Shown: positions 24,445 to 38,087 of the stretch, one piece after another | Numbering within the stretch: position 1 is the stretch's first letter | Layout of the letters: each line of letters begins with the position of its first letter | Assembly (NCBI GenBank): GCA_025786725.1 | Contig: JAHLTZ010000062.1 | Coordinates: forward strand, 1 to 64,000 | Direction of reading: 5' to 3' | From: Syncephalis fuscata S228 | Taxonomy: Eukaryota; Fungi; Zoopagomycota | DNA: 64,000 nucleotides | The notes under the pieces: model-generated | The model's database searches: none | What the model saw: the letters and a program-made list of their open reading frames with translations, nothing else | Told to the model about the DNA's origin: nothing | Translations under genes and position numbers: made by a program

Positions 24445-25690
24445 TGAAACTGGATACTCAAATAAACGTTACTTTTTGAGCTAGTTTAAGTGTTGGTCTA
24501 CGTGTAGTAATAGCGGTAATAGTAGCGGTAATAATAATAATAATAGTAATAGTGTAGTGGCTATTATTGTGACTGTATATAATGGTGGCAGCTTTCTTCG
24601 ATAAATAATAAAGCTTGCTTGTCAAGAATAATAGAGAATGATGGTGAAATGCCGCCGCTCTTACTGTAATAATTGATGGATGTAGGGAAAAAGGTAAAAA
24701 ATATGAATGAGCTTAGAAGGAACAGAGCTAGGAAAACGCCAGTATTTTTGTTGCTAGCGGAGGCCGCTGATGTGAAGCGGAGTAATAAATTCTAAATCAG
24801 AAAAGCTCATTAAACTGGTAGCAACCAATCCAAAACAAGGAGACGCATTGCAACCACCAAGATAAAACACAATACTAATAATTAAAATTGCTATGCAAGC
24901 ATAAATTAAAAAGCTATGCCAATAAGTTTACTAATAACCAGGCATTTAATATCTACAGGTTTCGAATACTACAGTATAACTAATCCAATGTGAAATACTA
25001 TGTCATAGGCTAACTTTTTGTTACATTTACAGAATTTCAATGACCGACATTGAATACTTTCCCATGTTTTGAATGAAGCTATGCCGAAACTGCAGCATTT
25101 GTACCACGAGCTCAGTTGCCATCATAGTAATGCAATTAAACCTTTAAGATGGCCATAATACATAAGCAAAACAATGAATCAAACATATATAATTTTAAAC
25201 TAGGGGACATTTGTAATGGTATCATTATTGCTTGCAATACTATGGTGTCATATTGAAAGCATCAATTTTAATAACATATATATAATATAATAAACGTATA
25301 TTCATCATAATGGGCTACAATAACTATTAACGTGGCTGTATTTTACCAAAATACACAAATAATATCTAATATTTTATCTGTTCATATATAAATAGCTAGT
25401 CTTGTTTAGAATATCATTAAACGGGGACGGGGAGTAGACAGGTTACAAATACATTTGAAACGAGTATGAACGTGAATAATAAAACATAACGTATATGTAA
25501 CAAAAGTGATGGCCAATTCGCTTCATACTACCCTGTTAGTATGACAACGTAATAAGTAAAGTAACCAATTTGAATACATGAATTAAATCTAATGACTAAT
25601 TAACAACTATCAAAGGTATAAACTAACAAAAAAATAAATTGATTTATTATTAATGTATCAAGGAAAGTAAGAATACTGATATAGTTATAA

Positions 25691-28600
25691 TTAGCGGTGC
25701 ATTGTAATGGTCGTCGGCGCTTGAGGAATAGGTGGTAAGGGTCTATCTGATTGATGACCACTTGATAACGATCGTTTGGCAAGTATTTCAGTTAGGAATC
25801 GACGTGCTTCTTTATGAACGGCTGCTCGTAATCGAAGTACGCGAAGGATACAATCTACTTGATCGGCACCACTTTCCGTTTTCTTCTTCGCCAACTGTTT
25901 AATAGTGCCTAGATTGCGACGGGCCATAATGCTTTTATTACGACGGGCACCGCCAGCACCATTCGCGGCTGATTGAGCATCGGCTGCTTGTTGATAGCGA
26001 GTAATCAACGCTTCAGCTGATAACGGATAAATATCTCGAATAAGCATAAGTGTATGGTATTTGGGACTTTCCAGAGTTGATAGTGAAATGCCATCACCGT
26101 CATCACCACCGTGGAAATACAATTTAAGCAACTAATAGCAAACATAATTAATAACTTGCAATAATTAATCAGTCTACTGGTTTTACTTACCTCTAGGCAG
26201 GTGTAGACCATTTCAAGCTCGTTGCCCTCTAATGGTTTCATACTTGTTGGCTGCTCTGATAGCGGTGGCACTAAAAGATTCTCCAAATTTTGCAGCATTT
26301 CCTTCCATATCTTTGAAAATACCATCGATGACACTTCAGGTCGTAAATGATTAAATAGCGTAAATAGATTTTTATCGAGATAGTCAATGAGCGGGTGCAG
26401 TGCTTCATCGCCATCTGTTTCGGTTACGGTAGCATTCTTTCGATTAGAACTGCCACCCTTAAAGATTGACGTCATTTGCTGAAGTGCGCTATTGTTATTC
26501 ATGGCTCGGAAAATAACCTTTTTCGACAAACAATGACGTACATAGCCAGACATCTACAAAAAAGAGTTAATTAATTAATTACTATAAAATACTAGAATTG
26601 CTTACCTCATCGACAATCATGCGCGCCATATCGGCTTGAGTGCGTTTCAGTGTACGGAATGCTTTACCGAAATGGAATCGAATATCATCCTTTTCGCCTT
26701 CCATACTCACACGTATTAATAGGCGGCCTTGTGGCTTCAAATCCAACCAAATATCATGAGCGAGGAAATCGCCAAATAGCGATGGCTGTAGACGGAATAC
26801 AGCCGTACCGCAAATATCATCGCCACCAACTAAATCTTTATCAAATACTGTGGCCAATACTTCGATCGATGCCGATAATCTAAACTCGAACGTCTCATCC
26901 CAGCGTGGATTCAGCGATTCTTGAATAACACGTGTTCGAGCCATTTCAACCTCGCCCGATTGCAGTACAACATAGGGATCACTAAGGCCATTCTGGTCAC
27001 AATCGGCCAAGTTCTCAGCGAGTACAACTTTCACCGTATAAATATAGACAGGTGGGCCATCTGACGTTGAAGTCAGTTTTAGTTTTCTCTGTGGATTGGT
27101 TGATAGCAGATAGGCCACTTCATCAACATCCAATGTATCATACAATGTATTAAGCCGATGTCGTACAGCCTCAATATTATTTAAACGCACACACGACTAT
27201 TTAACTCGATTAGTATTACAATTGTAATTTCACATCCCTTTTCCTACCTCTGATTTCAAATCTACTGGTGTAGGGTCATTTACTTTACTTGCATCTGCCG
27301 ATCTTGTATAGTCAAACCACGCCTTACGCGCATTGACTGGCAATGCTGGCCGTTCCTCTTGAATCATTGGCACTAAATCTTGAACAAATAGCCGTTCCAT
27401 ACTCTCGCAGTATTTACCCACAGCTCGTCCAAAGATCTATAATAGATTATTAGAAATTACAAATTAGTTAAATATCAATAATACACACCTTTGATAGCAT
27501 AGTAACAAATTGTGCTTGTTGTACTTCATCAGGCCAGTGTAAATTTTCCAAAAAGTCAATTTGTTGTTGGAAGATTGAAAACAAATCTAATACTGATGAT
27601 GAATGACGTGCCTCTTCCGATAATGGCTCAAACTAATCATAAATGTTAATTAAATAGCCAATTAACTACTAGTTACAACTTACTGAATCCTCTCCAATAA
27701 CATTATCAACCCATTGTACGGTCTTATCCTCTGTAATACGCATCCATCCGTGTACATATCGAGCAAACCATGAGGCCACATCCATGCTTAGTGGTGTACT
27801 ATTTGTTGTACATATTAGATTCATTACTATAGTAAATATTAATAAATGCTACTCACTCTTTACAACGCTTCTTATATAAATCACGCAAAGCCCGTACTGA
27901 ATGATAAAGTTTAAAGGCGTTCTCGCTGGGACTGCCATCATCGTCATATTCTATAGGCTGATTCATGGTATTTTCCATTTCAAGTATAAAGTACTTGAGA
28001 TAAACACCAAGAGATGTACCGGCCACATCCACTTCGCTAATGGCAATAGTCAGTATTAGTTAACCATGCTACTAATATGATTAATTACCCAATAATAGGC
28101 ACCGGGAATCGTTTAGTCATACGACTGGTCTCTGTTTGTAATGCTTCAGCCATCAATAGCATCTGATCAATTTCTGGCGCATCCAGTGTTTGACGTAACA
28201 TTCGCGTCTTAAATCGTGTAAATCTTTCACTAGCTGTATCCTATTTATAATACACAAATTAATGGTTGTAGACCCACCATGTAAACTACCTACTTCAATG
28301 GCGTCTTTTACTTCATTTCTACAGCCTTGTAAGTCGGGATGGGCCATTCTAAAATTTTCATCTTCATGAATATCGTCGAGCATAAATAAAAGTGGTGACA
28401 ATTCATCCACTGATGTGTTTTCAGGCGCATTCAAGGCAGCGGTAAGCATTGAAAGCAGTGTTCGATTAAGTCGAACGTGTATTTGAAATAGATAGCGACG
28501 CTATAGCATACACAGGTCATTAAACAATACCATAATTTATAATAAACTTACATCAGTATTTGACCATAATTTGTAAGCATTTCTTGTAGCATTTTTGTAC

Positions 28601-30225
28601 ATTGTGGCAAATCCATCGCTAACATGTTCAATACAAACCATTTCTTTAGCAAGATTAAGACATAGAATATCAATCATACTGTAAATGTAATATATATATT
28701 ATTAGTCTATATAGCTATACTAATTACTAGTTGTATTACTTACGCCAAATCACGAAAAGTAGCGCCTAATCGCCAACGAACACCACATTCCTTAATAAGA
28801 TTTAATGAACGAGCCGATAATACACGTTGGTCTGGTGGTGTTGTGCCACTTAATTGTAGTTCTGAATCCATACATACACTAACAAGCATTTTATAGCACT
28901 CGCCCGGTGATGGGGGGATAAAATTATAGGTTGGATTACGCGGATCCTAATTAAATTAAATTAATCAAATTAAATTATCAATAAAATTATTACTTACAGC
29001 GGTATTTGATCCACCTGCAGTGGCAAATTCACGCTGTTGACCTGGTGCATATCCACCAGAGCCTGATGATTGCAATAGACGTGGGTCAGCTGTCACACTA
29101 TGAGCAATAAGTTGATTCAATTGCTGCACTTCACGCTTCTTCCATTGACTATACAGTTCAGGATCTTGAAAATCACTTGGCTTAATCGCCGGGTGATTAT
29201 CGTGTTCTAAAGCAGCCAAACAGCGTTTTAAATCCTCTACTGCTGCCTAGATCATCATCATTAATATAGAATAGACCCGTCACATAAACATGCTTGGCAT
29301 TAGTACATTACAGCTATGCTAGCATTAACACTTATTGCTTTGCTATTACCTTTGGTGTACACGAGGCGCGTAGACTACGTGCCGTACGCTCATGGTCTTC
29401 AACGCTCACGCCTAATACTTGCCGTGTCCACGATACAAGGCCATCGCGGTCGTGAAAATAGACTTCACTTGTATCGGCGTGGTCACTTTCTGAAATACGT
29501 CGGCCATTCGAGTTGCTTGGTCCACTTGATGGTGCAGATGCTGTATCGTTATCACTCTGAGTCTGTGCATTCATTTCTCGCATATAGTCTTCATACTGTT
29601 TGATCATGGCACCGACATACGGTATGCCGATACACTCATACTTTAAGCAGTCAATGGACTCGTTGGCCATGACTTGAATATATGCCATGGGCTGTAACAG
29701 TCCTACTTCTCCCGCATAATTAACAAACTCAGACATCAAAAAGGCCACTGTGCTATTTCTACTCATGCGATCCTTAAATGTTTGCGACTTCATAGTCGTT
29801 ACCGCAAAGTTGGTAAGTGTATAAGCAATGCGCGGGTCTGAACTTGACAAGGCATTGCGCTTTCCTTCGTAAATACGAGTAAATCGCTTGCGGAATTTAC
29901 GCAAGAAATCTTTAGTCAATACTTGAGAAGGATCGTTATGTGACGATGATGACGCTTGTTGCAAAAGATCAGATAGAAAAGCGTTAACTCGTTGAGATGG
30001 ACTAATATTCCAAGAGACCGGTCGCTGACCACTCGATGCTTGTAAGGAATCAGATGCAAATTGAGGTCGCGTAGGAGAGTGGTGTTGAGGCGCATTGTTG
30101 GCCACTGCTACTCCCGCCTGACCAATGGCCTCTGTGTTCAATAGAGCACACCGCAATACATAGCGATACAGCTCTCTTGACTTATCTTCTTGGGTGGGGT
30201 GGGCAGAGCCCGTTTCCGACCGCAT
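25691..30225 (-). CDS. Munc13-homology plus C2 domain protein (Ync13/Git1-like), multi-exon
   Basis: C2 domain VVLAENLADCDQNGLSDPYV...LNPRWDETF; MHD2-like PLIDYLDKNL...LYFHGGDDGDGI...RVLRLR. Confidence 0.82.
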
Positions 30226-32194
30226 TAGCAGGGTCTTCTATCGTCGAACGTCGGTTCATAGTATAGGGACCAACGAGGAGAGATGAAACTAGCTGGCCAG
30301 TATAGATGTGCTGTAGTAAATGTAGAAGCAGTAGTGGCAGTAGTAACAGCAATAGGAATCAAAGCGTAAATGGATAAAACAAAAGCAAAAGCCACTAGAT
30401 AGATAGATAGATAGAGAAAACAAAGACTAGGTCGATATCTCTCACGATGGCTAAAGGGCTTAATTGAAAGTGACGAGTGGTAATGGAGAACAACGAATGC
30501 AACTGGCCTATTATTCTATTTCTAGGTCACATAACTATTTTTACTTCAATCGATTCTATTTAAAATCGATTACTATTATTACTATTGTTATTAGTTAACA
30601 AGATGTGCACCATTCTTTAGGCAAGAACCAATGGTAGATCACCTTGGCAGTGTCTATAAAACTGTTTATTTTAAAATAGGCATATTATAGGCTAATTAGA
30701 AGCATGATTAATACAAAAAAAAAGTAACACATCAGCATAGATAAAATGTTAATTACACCATTTGTATTTGTATTTGATCATTATTGTAAGTAGTATAATT
30801 GTATTTTACTATAAAAATACGATTTAGAATCATTTGTATTAAATAAGTGTAATTACTGTATATTGGCTAATTTAATATTACTAACAACTAATGAATATCT
30901 TTTACTATTGTTGCAACTTGTCAACTCGAGTAGAACGTAAAAGAATTGTATAGGAAATGAGTACCTTGCGTCTATTGTTTTATATAACCTTGGCGTAAAT
31001 TAACCGTCTTTCTACTAGCTATTATAGCTATATTAATAATATAAATTCAACTCGTGCTTTTCTATACTTGTTTCTTTATTAAGCAAATCATTTGATATTA
31101 TTGTATGGGCAAGTATACAAGCTCTTTAGTTCTAATTATAAATACCTGTATACTATACATAGTAATTCAGGTACAATACTACTTAAAGGGGCATGATTTA
31201 AATACCGCGTGTCAACACCGACTAGCAAGTATCATCTCAGCTTGATTTGATAGTTGATGGCCTTGATGTAGACAACCAATCTATACAATAAACCATAGAT
31301 ACATACAACAGATACATACACATGGTATTACGCCACATGATGTACAAGTACCATGATTATAGTTGTAATTATAGTTATAATCATTAATAACGGGTATTAC
31401 ATCAATAAAAGTGACCCTCGTGAGTACAACACGCTGTGTATCATGTGCACGTTCCGATCACTGACCTGTCTAAGCAATGGAATGAACAAATAAATGGCAA
31501 GTAGTATTATATTTGGCTATCTGACTTACAGCACACTACACTACACTACACTAATATACTATTGATATTAATGCAAAGTATCGACTAATTGTCTAAAATG
31601 GCGTACATTACACTATTTGTAATGTCGGTGTGGTTATTGTTGTGCTTTGTTAAGCCTTTTGCCCTTACATCGATTGACCACACGTGTACAAGGCAGAAGA
31701 GTTCATTGGTTGTAGTGCCACATGCCCTCAGACTCAGTCACACTGGAACTAGAATAATGATGGGCCGTGGAGGTCGAGCCATACAAGGGAAGAGATGTGT
31801 TGTTCCCATACTCAATGTATGACTGAACAGACATGATGGTCACTAACAGTAACAACACTACATCATTTCCACGTTGATCTTTGTTGTTGTTACTGTTGTT
31901 GTTACTATTCTCTATTCTAGCGCTACTCTTCTTCCTCTACTTACCTATACTTACCTACCTACCTACTTACTTCACACTTTGTCATCTCTCTTTTCTTCCT
32001 TTTCCTCTTCTTCTTCTTCTTCTCTTTACTGCTCAAACTTACTGTTGTTTCCTATTCTCGTAACTAGCTTACGGCAATTATACTGTGTCCTGCACCCTTC
32101 CGATCCTTTAATATTTACTTTGTTGTTCATACGTCAACTATCGCCGTTTAAACACTGCCATCCCCACAGCCTACCCTCACTTTTTATTATTCAC

Positions 32195-33742
32195 ATGGCA
32201 CCAAGAGCTATTCGTCGTAAGAACTTGCTGGACCAGTTTAACTTTATGGTGGCTGGTGCATCTCGACTTGGCAAATCTGCATTTTTACGCACATTCTTAC
32301 GTACACTTGATGTGTCGGCCCCATCGTCGGATGAGCCACTGCCTACGCCAGAAAGCTTCCACGATGGTCCCACCACGCGTATTAACCAAGTATCCATGGT
32401 GGTTGACGAAGCAAACGACCGCTTTGGCCTTACAATGGTGGATACGCCTGGATTCGTCGATGACGGCACCGTAGACGAACAGTGCCGCCTACTTATTACT
32501 TTTCTCGAAAATCAATTTGATGCCCGTCTTATCGAGGTAAGTAGAGTAATGCCGTGTAGGCATACAGCGTATATGCTTACTGACGCATTTATCCATCTAA
32601 TTAATATACATCGAATAGGAATCACGTGTTAAGCGCAATCCAAAAGCATTACATCGCCAATTGCACGCATGTCTCTACTTCCTCGATCCATCGCATGCTG
32701 GTCTGCGCCTGTAGATATTTCAGTTATTAGCAGTTTATGCGAACGAGTCAACGTTATTCCCGTTATTGCCAAGGCGGATACACTAACCGTAGAGCGTATG
32801 CGTCGTGTTAGACGGGCTATTCGCGAAGATATCCGTGCTCACCGTCTTCGTATCTATGAATTTCCTCAATGGGATGATGAAGATGAAGAGTTGTCCGAAG
32901 ATGGCGACCAAGAAGAGGAGAACGACGAGGGAGCAGCATTACGTCTATCGTCAACTGCTCTGCGTCGTCTTATTCCATTTACTATTATGTCGATGGAAGA
33001 AGAATTAGCATCGGCTAATGACGACGATCTAGCCAATGATATTGAACTATTTACTGATGAAGATAGTGAAGAAGAAGGAGAGCTATTTCTGAATATAGTG
33101 AAGATAGCGAAGATAGCGAAGATGAAGATGAAGATGAAGATGAAGATGGTACAAGTACTAAAGAGAAAGCCAGAAAAGAATCTATCATTACGGCAGATAC
33201 AACATCAGTCGCTGAAACATCAACCAATGGCGATGTTAAAACAACTGAAGATGAAGTAGATTCAACTGTTGAAACAACGCCATCTAAAAGTGCAATTAAT
33301 GGCCACCATGATGAAACGTTACTAATACTACAGACACCACTACTACCAATACTAATAATGAAATATTAATACAACATCCACTGAAACTAATGATGACAGT
33401 GTATCTCCCAAGATTGAAGGCAATGGACATGCAGCAAAACATGAAGGACCAACAAGTGAACAACAACAGCCAGCCACTGAACCGTTTCTGGGTCGTCGTT
33501 ATCCATGGGGCGATGTAATGGTGATGGATCCAACACATTGTGATGTAGCCGTATTACGTACACTGTTACTTGAAACACAGCGTCGATTACTACGTGATAC
33601 AACCGTTGAAGTACTCTATGAACGGTATCGTACAGAACGTATGCGTGAACGTCGTGCCACAATGTTGGCAGCCCGTAGAGATGCTCGTTCAAGTTCACTA
33701 CCTAGTTCACCGATATCGCCTCTTCTCGGTGTAGGTATTTAA
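32195..33742 (+). CDS. Divergent septin with a long acidic insertion; one intron from 32537; several 1-nt frameshifts
   Basis: G1 GASRLGKS, G3 DTPGF, HACLYFLDP, G4 VIPVIAKAD, septin-unique GRRYPWG...HCD...LYERYRTE. Confidence 0.9.
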
Positions 33743-34893
33743 TGGCTTTTCTAACTACGTACACTTCTTTCTATTCATTAGCACGTCATTGAATTTAACA
33801 TTTCTATTTGTTTATCTTTTTAAACTACAACGACCCACGCTTTAATGTATGTGTATAGATTACACAGTCCATTGAGATATAGTCAGTAATAGCTTAATAA
33901 ATCATCATACATCATAAAATAGTATAGTTTTATATTACTATAACAACAATGGCCATTTTAATCCATTTTAATCAAATTGATACTTTACAGCGTAGAATTA
34001 ATCGAATCTTCGATTTAGTCGTTCTATCAACAATGCCCCCAACTTGACCAGGTCATATTATTTAACATTAATATGGTGGCATCTATTTGTTATAAGAGTG
34101 TGGGTGTGCTTGCAGTGAACACTAGCGATTGGTGAGAATTATTGGTTTGTGTTTCCTCTTCTCACTTCTACGCTGTTTATCGGCGACCTTCAAGATTCTT
34201 TCTTCAAATAAGCGTAAACGACCAGTGGCTTCTGACGAAGAAGCAGCAGCAGTAGCAGCAGTAGCAGAAGCGGGAGCAGTAGCAGCGACCACCACCACCA
34301 CCACTGTAGAAGCTATTAAAGTAAAAGAGGGAGAGTACAGAGACGAACAAGTAACAGATTCGCCAACGTCTGTCGTCACTACAACTACTAGTGCTACTAC
34401 GGCTACTACAGCCCGAGAAGTAGTAGTGGGTACCTCATTAGACGGCGTAGCGTCTCGTCATCTTTATTGTTGCCACGCCACAACACGTTCTCACTGCCAC
34501 GCCTGCTCTTCTGCCTCTAGTACGTCTACTTCTACTTCTACATATCGTGGTCGTTATCGCGATTCGTTGCCGATCGTGTGTTCATCTCAGCCTCGTGAAC
34601 CAACTTTACGCCGCCTTTCCAATCCTTTCCCAGCTACTACTTTACTTAGTACCACCACCACTGCCACTACTCCTACTAGTACTACCAATACACTTATTTC
34701 TACTACTGCTGCTACTGCTGCTGCTACTGCTACTGCTATTTCGCCCGTCTCATCTCGCTCTTTGTCCTCACCTACCGTCACTTCTTCTTTTTCTTCTTCC
34801 TCCTCTTTATCGATCTCTGACGCTGCTACTGCACGTCTATCGTTGATCGCCTTACTTCGTCGTGGTCACTCTCTCACTACACCTACTACCATC

Positions 34894-35536
34894 ATGGGCA
34901 ATACACCGTCAACTCAGATGCTGGACAATATGGTCCAGTCAACCAACTGTAAGTCAATAATACTAAGCTTCATCTCGCGTATTTATTATATTAACCACAC
35001 TTCATCTAGTCACGGCAGACGAAGTTCAGCGTTTGTACAAGCGATTTATCAAGCTAGATAAAGATGGCAGTGGCAGTATTGACAAAGATGAATTCCTTGC
35101 CATTCCTCAGATTGCTGGTAATCCACTCGCCTCTCGACTAATTGCTATATTCGATGAAGACGGTGGCGGTGATGTTGATTTCCAGGAATTTATCCGCGGT
35201 CTAAGTGTATTTAGTGTTAATAGTAACAAAATGGAGAAATTACGCTGTAAGTGGCTATAATAAATGTATTAATTCAGTAAATTAATTTGAATACCATTAG
35301 ATGCTTTTAAAGTATACGATATGGATCGTGATGGTTTTATTTCAAATGGTGAATTATTTCTAGTACTTAAAATGATGGTTGGCAACAATTTAAAGGACCA
35401 GCAACTACAGCAGATTGTCGATAAGACAATTATGGAGGCAGACAAGGACGGTGATGGTCATATTAGCTTTGAAGAGTTTTGCAACTTTGTAGAAACAACA
35501 GATGTTGCTAAGCAATTGACACTTGATGCCTTTTAG
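34894..35536 (+). CDS. CNB1: Calcineurin regulatory subunit B, 2 introns
   Basis: MGN N-terminus, four EF hands ([34 protein letters not shown]), [20 protein letters not shown]. Confidence 0.97.
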
Positions 35537-35740
35537 TGCGTAGAAATAATAATAATACGTACTCTACTTTCGTGAATATATAATGAAAAGAATTAAGTTC
35601 TATTTAACCATTAATTACTGCTTATAATATTAAGATGCATATTGTTGTTATTACACCTGATTAATGTTGTCATTGTTACTACTGCTTATTACTAACATTT
35701 ATTATTGTTGCTGTTACTATTCGTTTATTACACGGGCTAT

Positions 35741-36187
35741 TTATTGTAATGAACGGGCAACAACACCGCCTTCTTGTTTTATCATTTCACGTATTTTCCA
35801 AAAGACTGGCCAGGCGCGTACCTCGTCTGGTGCGTCAAGACGATGCTCGTCGGCGGTCAAATAGTGATACAGGTCCCATTCAGACCAGTCGTTAGACATA
35901 ATAAGCAATTCATAATCGGCACGATCGCTACTTGATAACAAGGGCAAGTGATCTTCAGCGAATCGCGATAGAATAAGCGTTGTTTCTAGAATGCCTCGTT
36001 TACGCGAATGATACGTTAAGCGTGTTACTTCTCGACTCGCTTCGCTTGATAGTGCGCTATTATTACTTGGACTGGATGTAAATTGTGAACTCAATGAGCG
36101 CAAAAAAATAGCACCAATTCGTGGCTGCACATAGAAGCGCTGCGTACAAGAACGTGTCAATTGACGGCGAAGTGCGGTGGCAAACAT
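35741..36187 (-). CDS. SDH5: Succinate dehydrogenase flavinylation factor (SDHAF2/Sdh5)
   Basis: Mitochondrial presequence followed by YHSRKRGILE...LSRFA...WDLYHY. Confidence 0.88.
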   Translation of the reverse strand: MFATALRRQLTRSCTQRFYVQPRIGAIFLRSLSSQFTSSPSNNSALSSEASREVTRLTYHSRKRGILETTLILSRFAEDHLPLLSSSDRADYELLIMSNDWSEWDLYHYLTADEHRLDAPDEVRAWPVFWKIREMIKQEGGVVARSLQ

Positions 36188-37547
36188 AGTGAAGCAAGCA
36201 ATTATCAACAAAATAAAGACGTGAAAGCAAAAGATTGTAATTGTTCAAGTCTAACAAATATTACTATTTTATACCTCTCGATCTATAGCTACAAATAAAC
36301 GTACAAACACACACACTTTCTTTACACTTGTAACACTTGCAACACTAGTTAGAATGATATGGTTGTAACGTATAGTTATACTGAGAGTACAAAAAAGCCA
36401 ACGAACTTATACGATGGCCTAGGAAAAGAGGAAACAAGAGCAGAACATGTTGATAAATACCGCGTAGTGTTAGAAGAAGCGATCAAGAATGGAAGGTGTA
36501 AATGTCGTTTACGTGTGTGTATGTATGTAGTTGTGTATGGATGTCATAGACAATGTATAAAATAAAATGAATAGTGGTAGTGATGGAAACGGCGTAGGAT
36601 GATGTTCGTTACGTGGCCAACCTTTATAATTAACATATGTCAAAGTTATAATAGCATTGTAATTGTAATAATAGTGTAATAATAATCAAGACCTAGATGG
36701 CCAACCTGGCAAGGTATCCATTTAAAGGAAAATGCCTATAGATGCCATTTAAAGAGTAGTAGTAGTGGTAGTAGTAGTGTAATTGTAGTGGTAGTAGTCA
36801 TAGTAGCGCTTTTAACAAAAAAGTTCATTTAAAGCCAAAAAAGTCCAAGTAGGTGGAGAATGATTATTATAATACGCAACTGTGTATATACCATAAGTGT
36901 AGATTGATGCGTATATAGTAAAATAGCTATTGCAGAAGAAGAAGAAGAAGAAGAAGAAAAAGAAGAAGAGGGTATAGCAATGCTCGATGCATACATGCTA
37001 CAAAAGAAACGACAACATCCGTCGGCCAGAGTGCACAAAAGGGCAGCTCCTCTAAAATGGCAGAGAAAAGAGGTAAGGTGTAAACTAGCAAAGATATAGA
37101 CGATGATATAGAGTGCCGGCTCAGTATCGAATATTAATTCAAAAAGTGCTAGATAAATGAATAGATAAATGAATAGATAGATATTGTATGCATACATCTA
37201 TCCATACAAAACTATCCATCAACTATCAAGGCTAGAAATGCATACGCAAACGAAAGGAAAGAAGAAAAGTGACAGCAACTAAAGAAAACCGACCAATACA
37301 GCCGGGTACAAAGAAAAGTGTATAGATAGATAGATAGATAGATGAATAAATGAATAGAGAAGAAAGGGCAAGTAAAAGGCAATTGCCATAAACGAGAAAG
37401 CAAATAGTTAATAGGATTATTATAATATAAGGAACAGTATTATAATTATCATGAAATAAAAGAATTATGAATGAACGAGTGAGCGAGTGATCAGTAGAAT
37501 GTAGTGACATGTTATACTTTATCTAACAGATCACAAATAAATGAGAG

Positions 37548-38055
37548 CTAGTTGCCAGTTAGAAAGAGTGCACCTTGTGGGAAATGGGCCAGTGAGGATG
37601 ATGTCAATGGCGAGGGCGTGGATACTACGGAGACGGCGGCGGCAGCGGCGGCGGCGGCAGCGGCGGCGGCAGCAGCAGCACGTTGCTTCTTGCCAGGACG
37701 TAGAGCCTTACGCATATGCGTACGATGATGTTGCTGTAGATTATCGCTACGGGCAAACATCTTACCGCAACCTGGTTCGGTACACGTAAATGGCTTTGAA
37801 TCAGTATGGACGGAAGAGATGTGACGCTTTAGATGTTCACTACGCATAAAAGCGCGATGGCATTCAAGGCAGATCCATTCACGCTTCTTGTCGTCGCCAC
37901 GTAGCATACGCTTGCCAATACGACCACTAGCCGTGGTAGAGTGGACGGCACGCTTCTTAAGTTGGGCATTACGGGCCACGACTGCTTGTTGTTCGGAAGA
38001 AGCCACTTCACCGATATTGGCAAATAAGTTGTTGGTTCGTTGGAACTGATGATGG

Positions 38056-38087
<32 letters not shown>

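Noticed and set aside
24900-25160. Plus-strand splice-like signals (GCTAAC...TTACAG) divergent from STE50
   Set aside because: All frames stop quickly and such motifs are common in AT-rich DNA; it cannot be supported without RNA data.
31874-32194. In-frame upstream extension of the septin ORF
   Set aside because: Only about 107 codons of CT-rich leader, where stops are naturally rare, and no recognisable motif.
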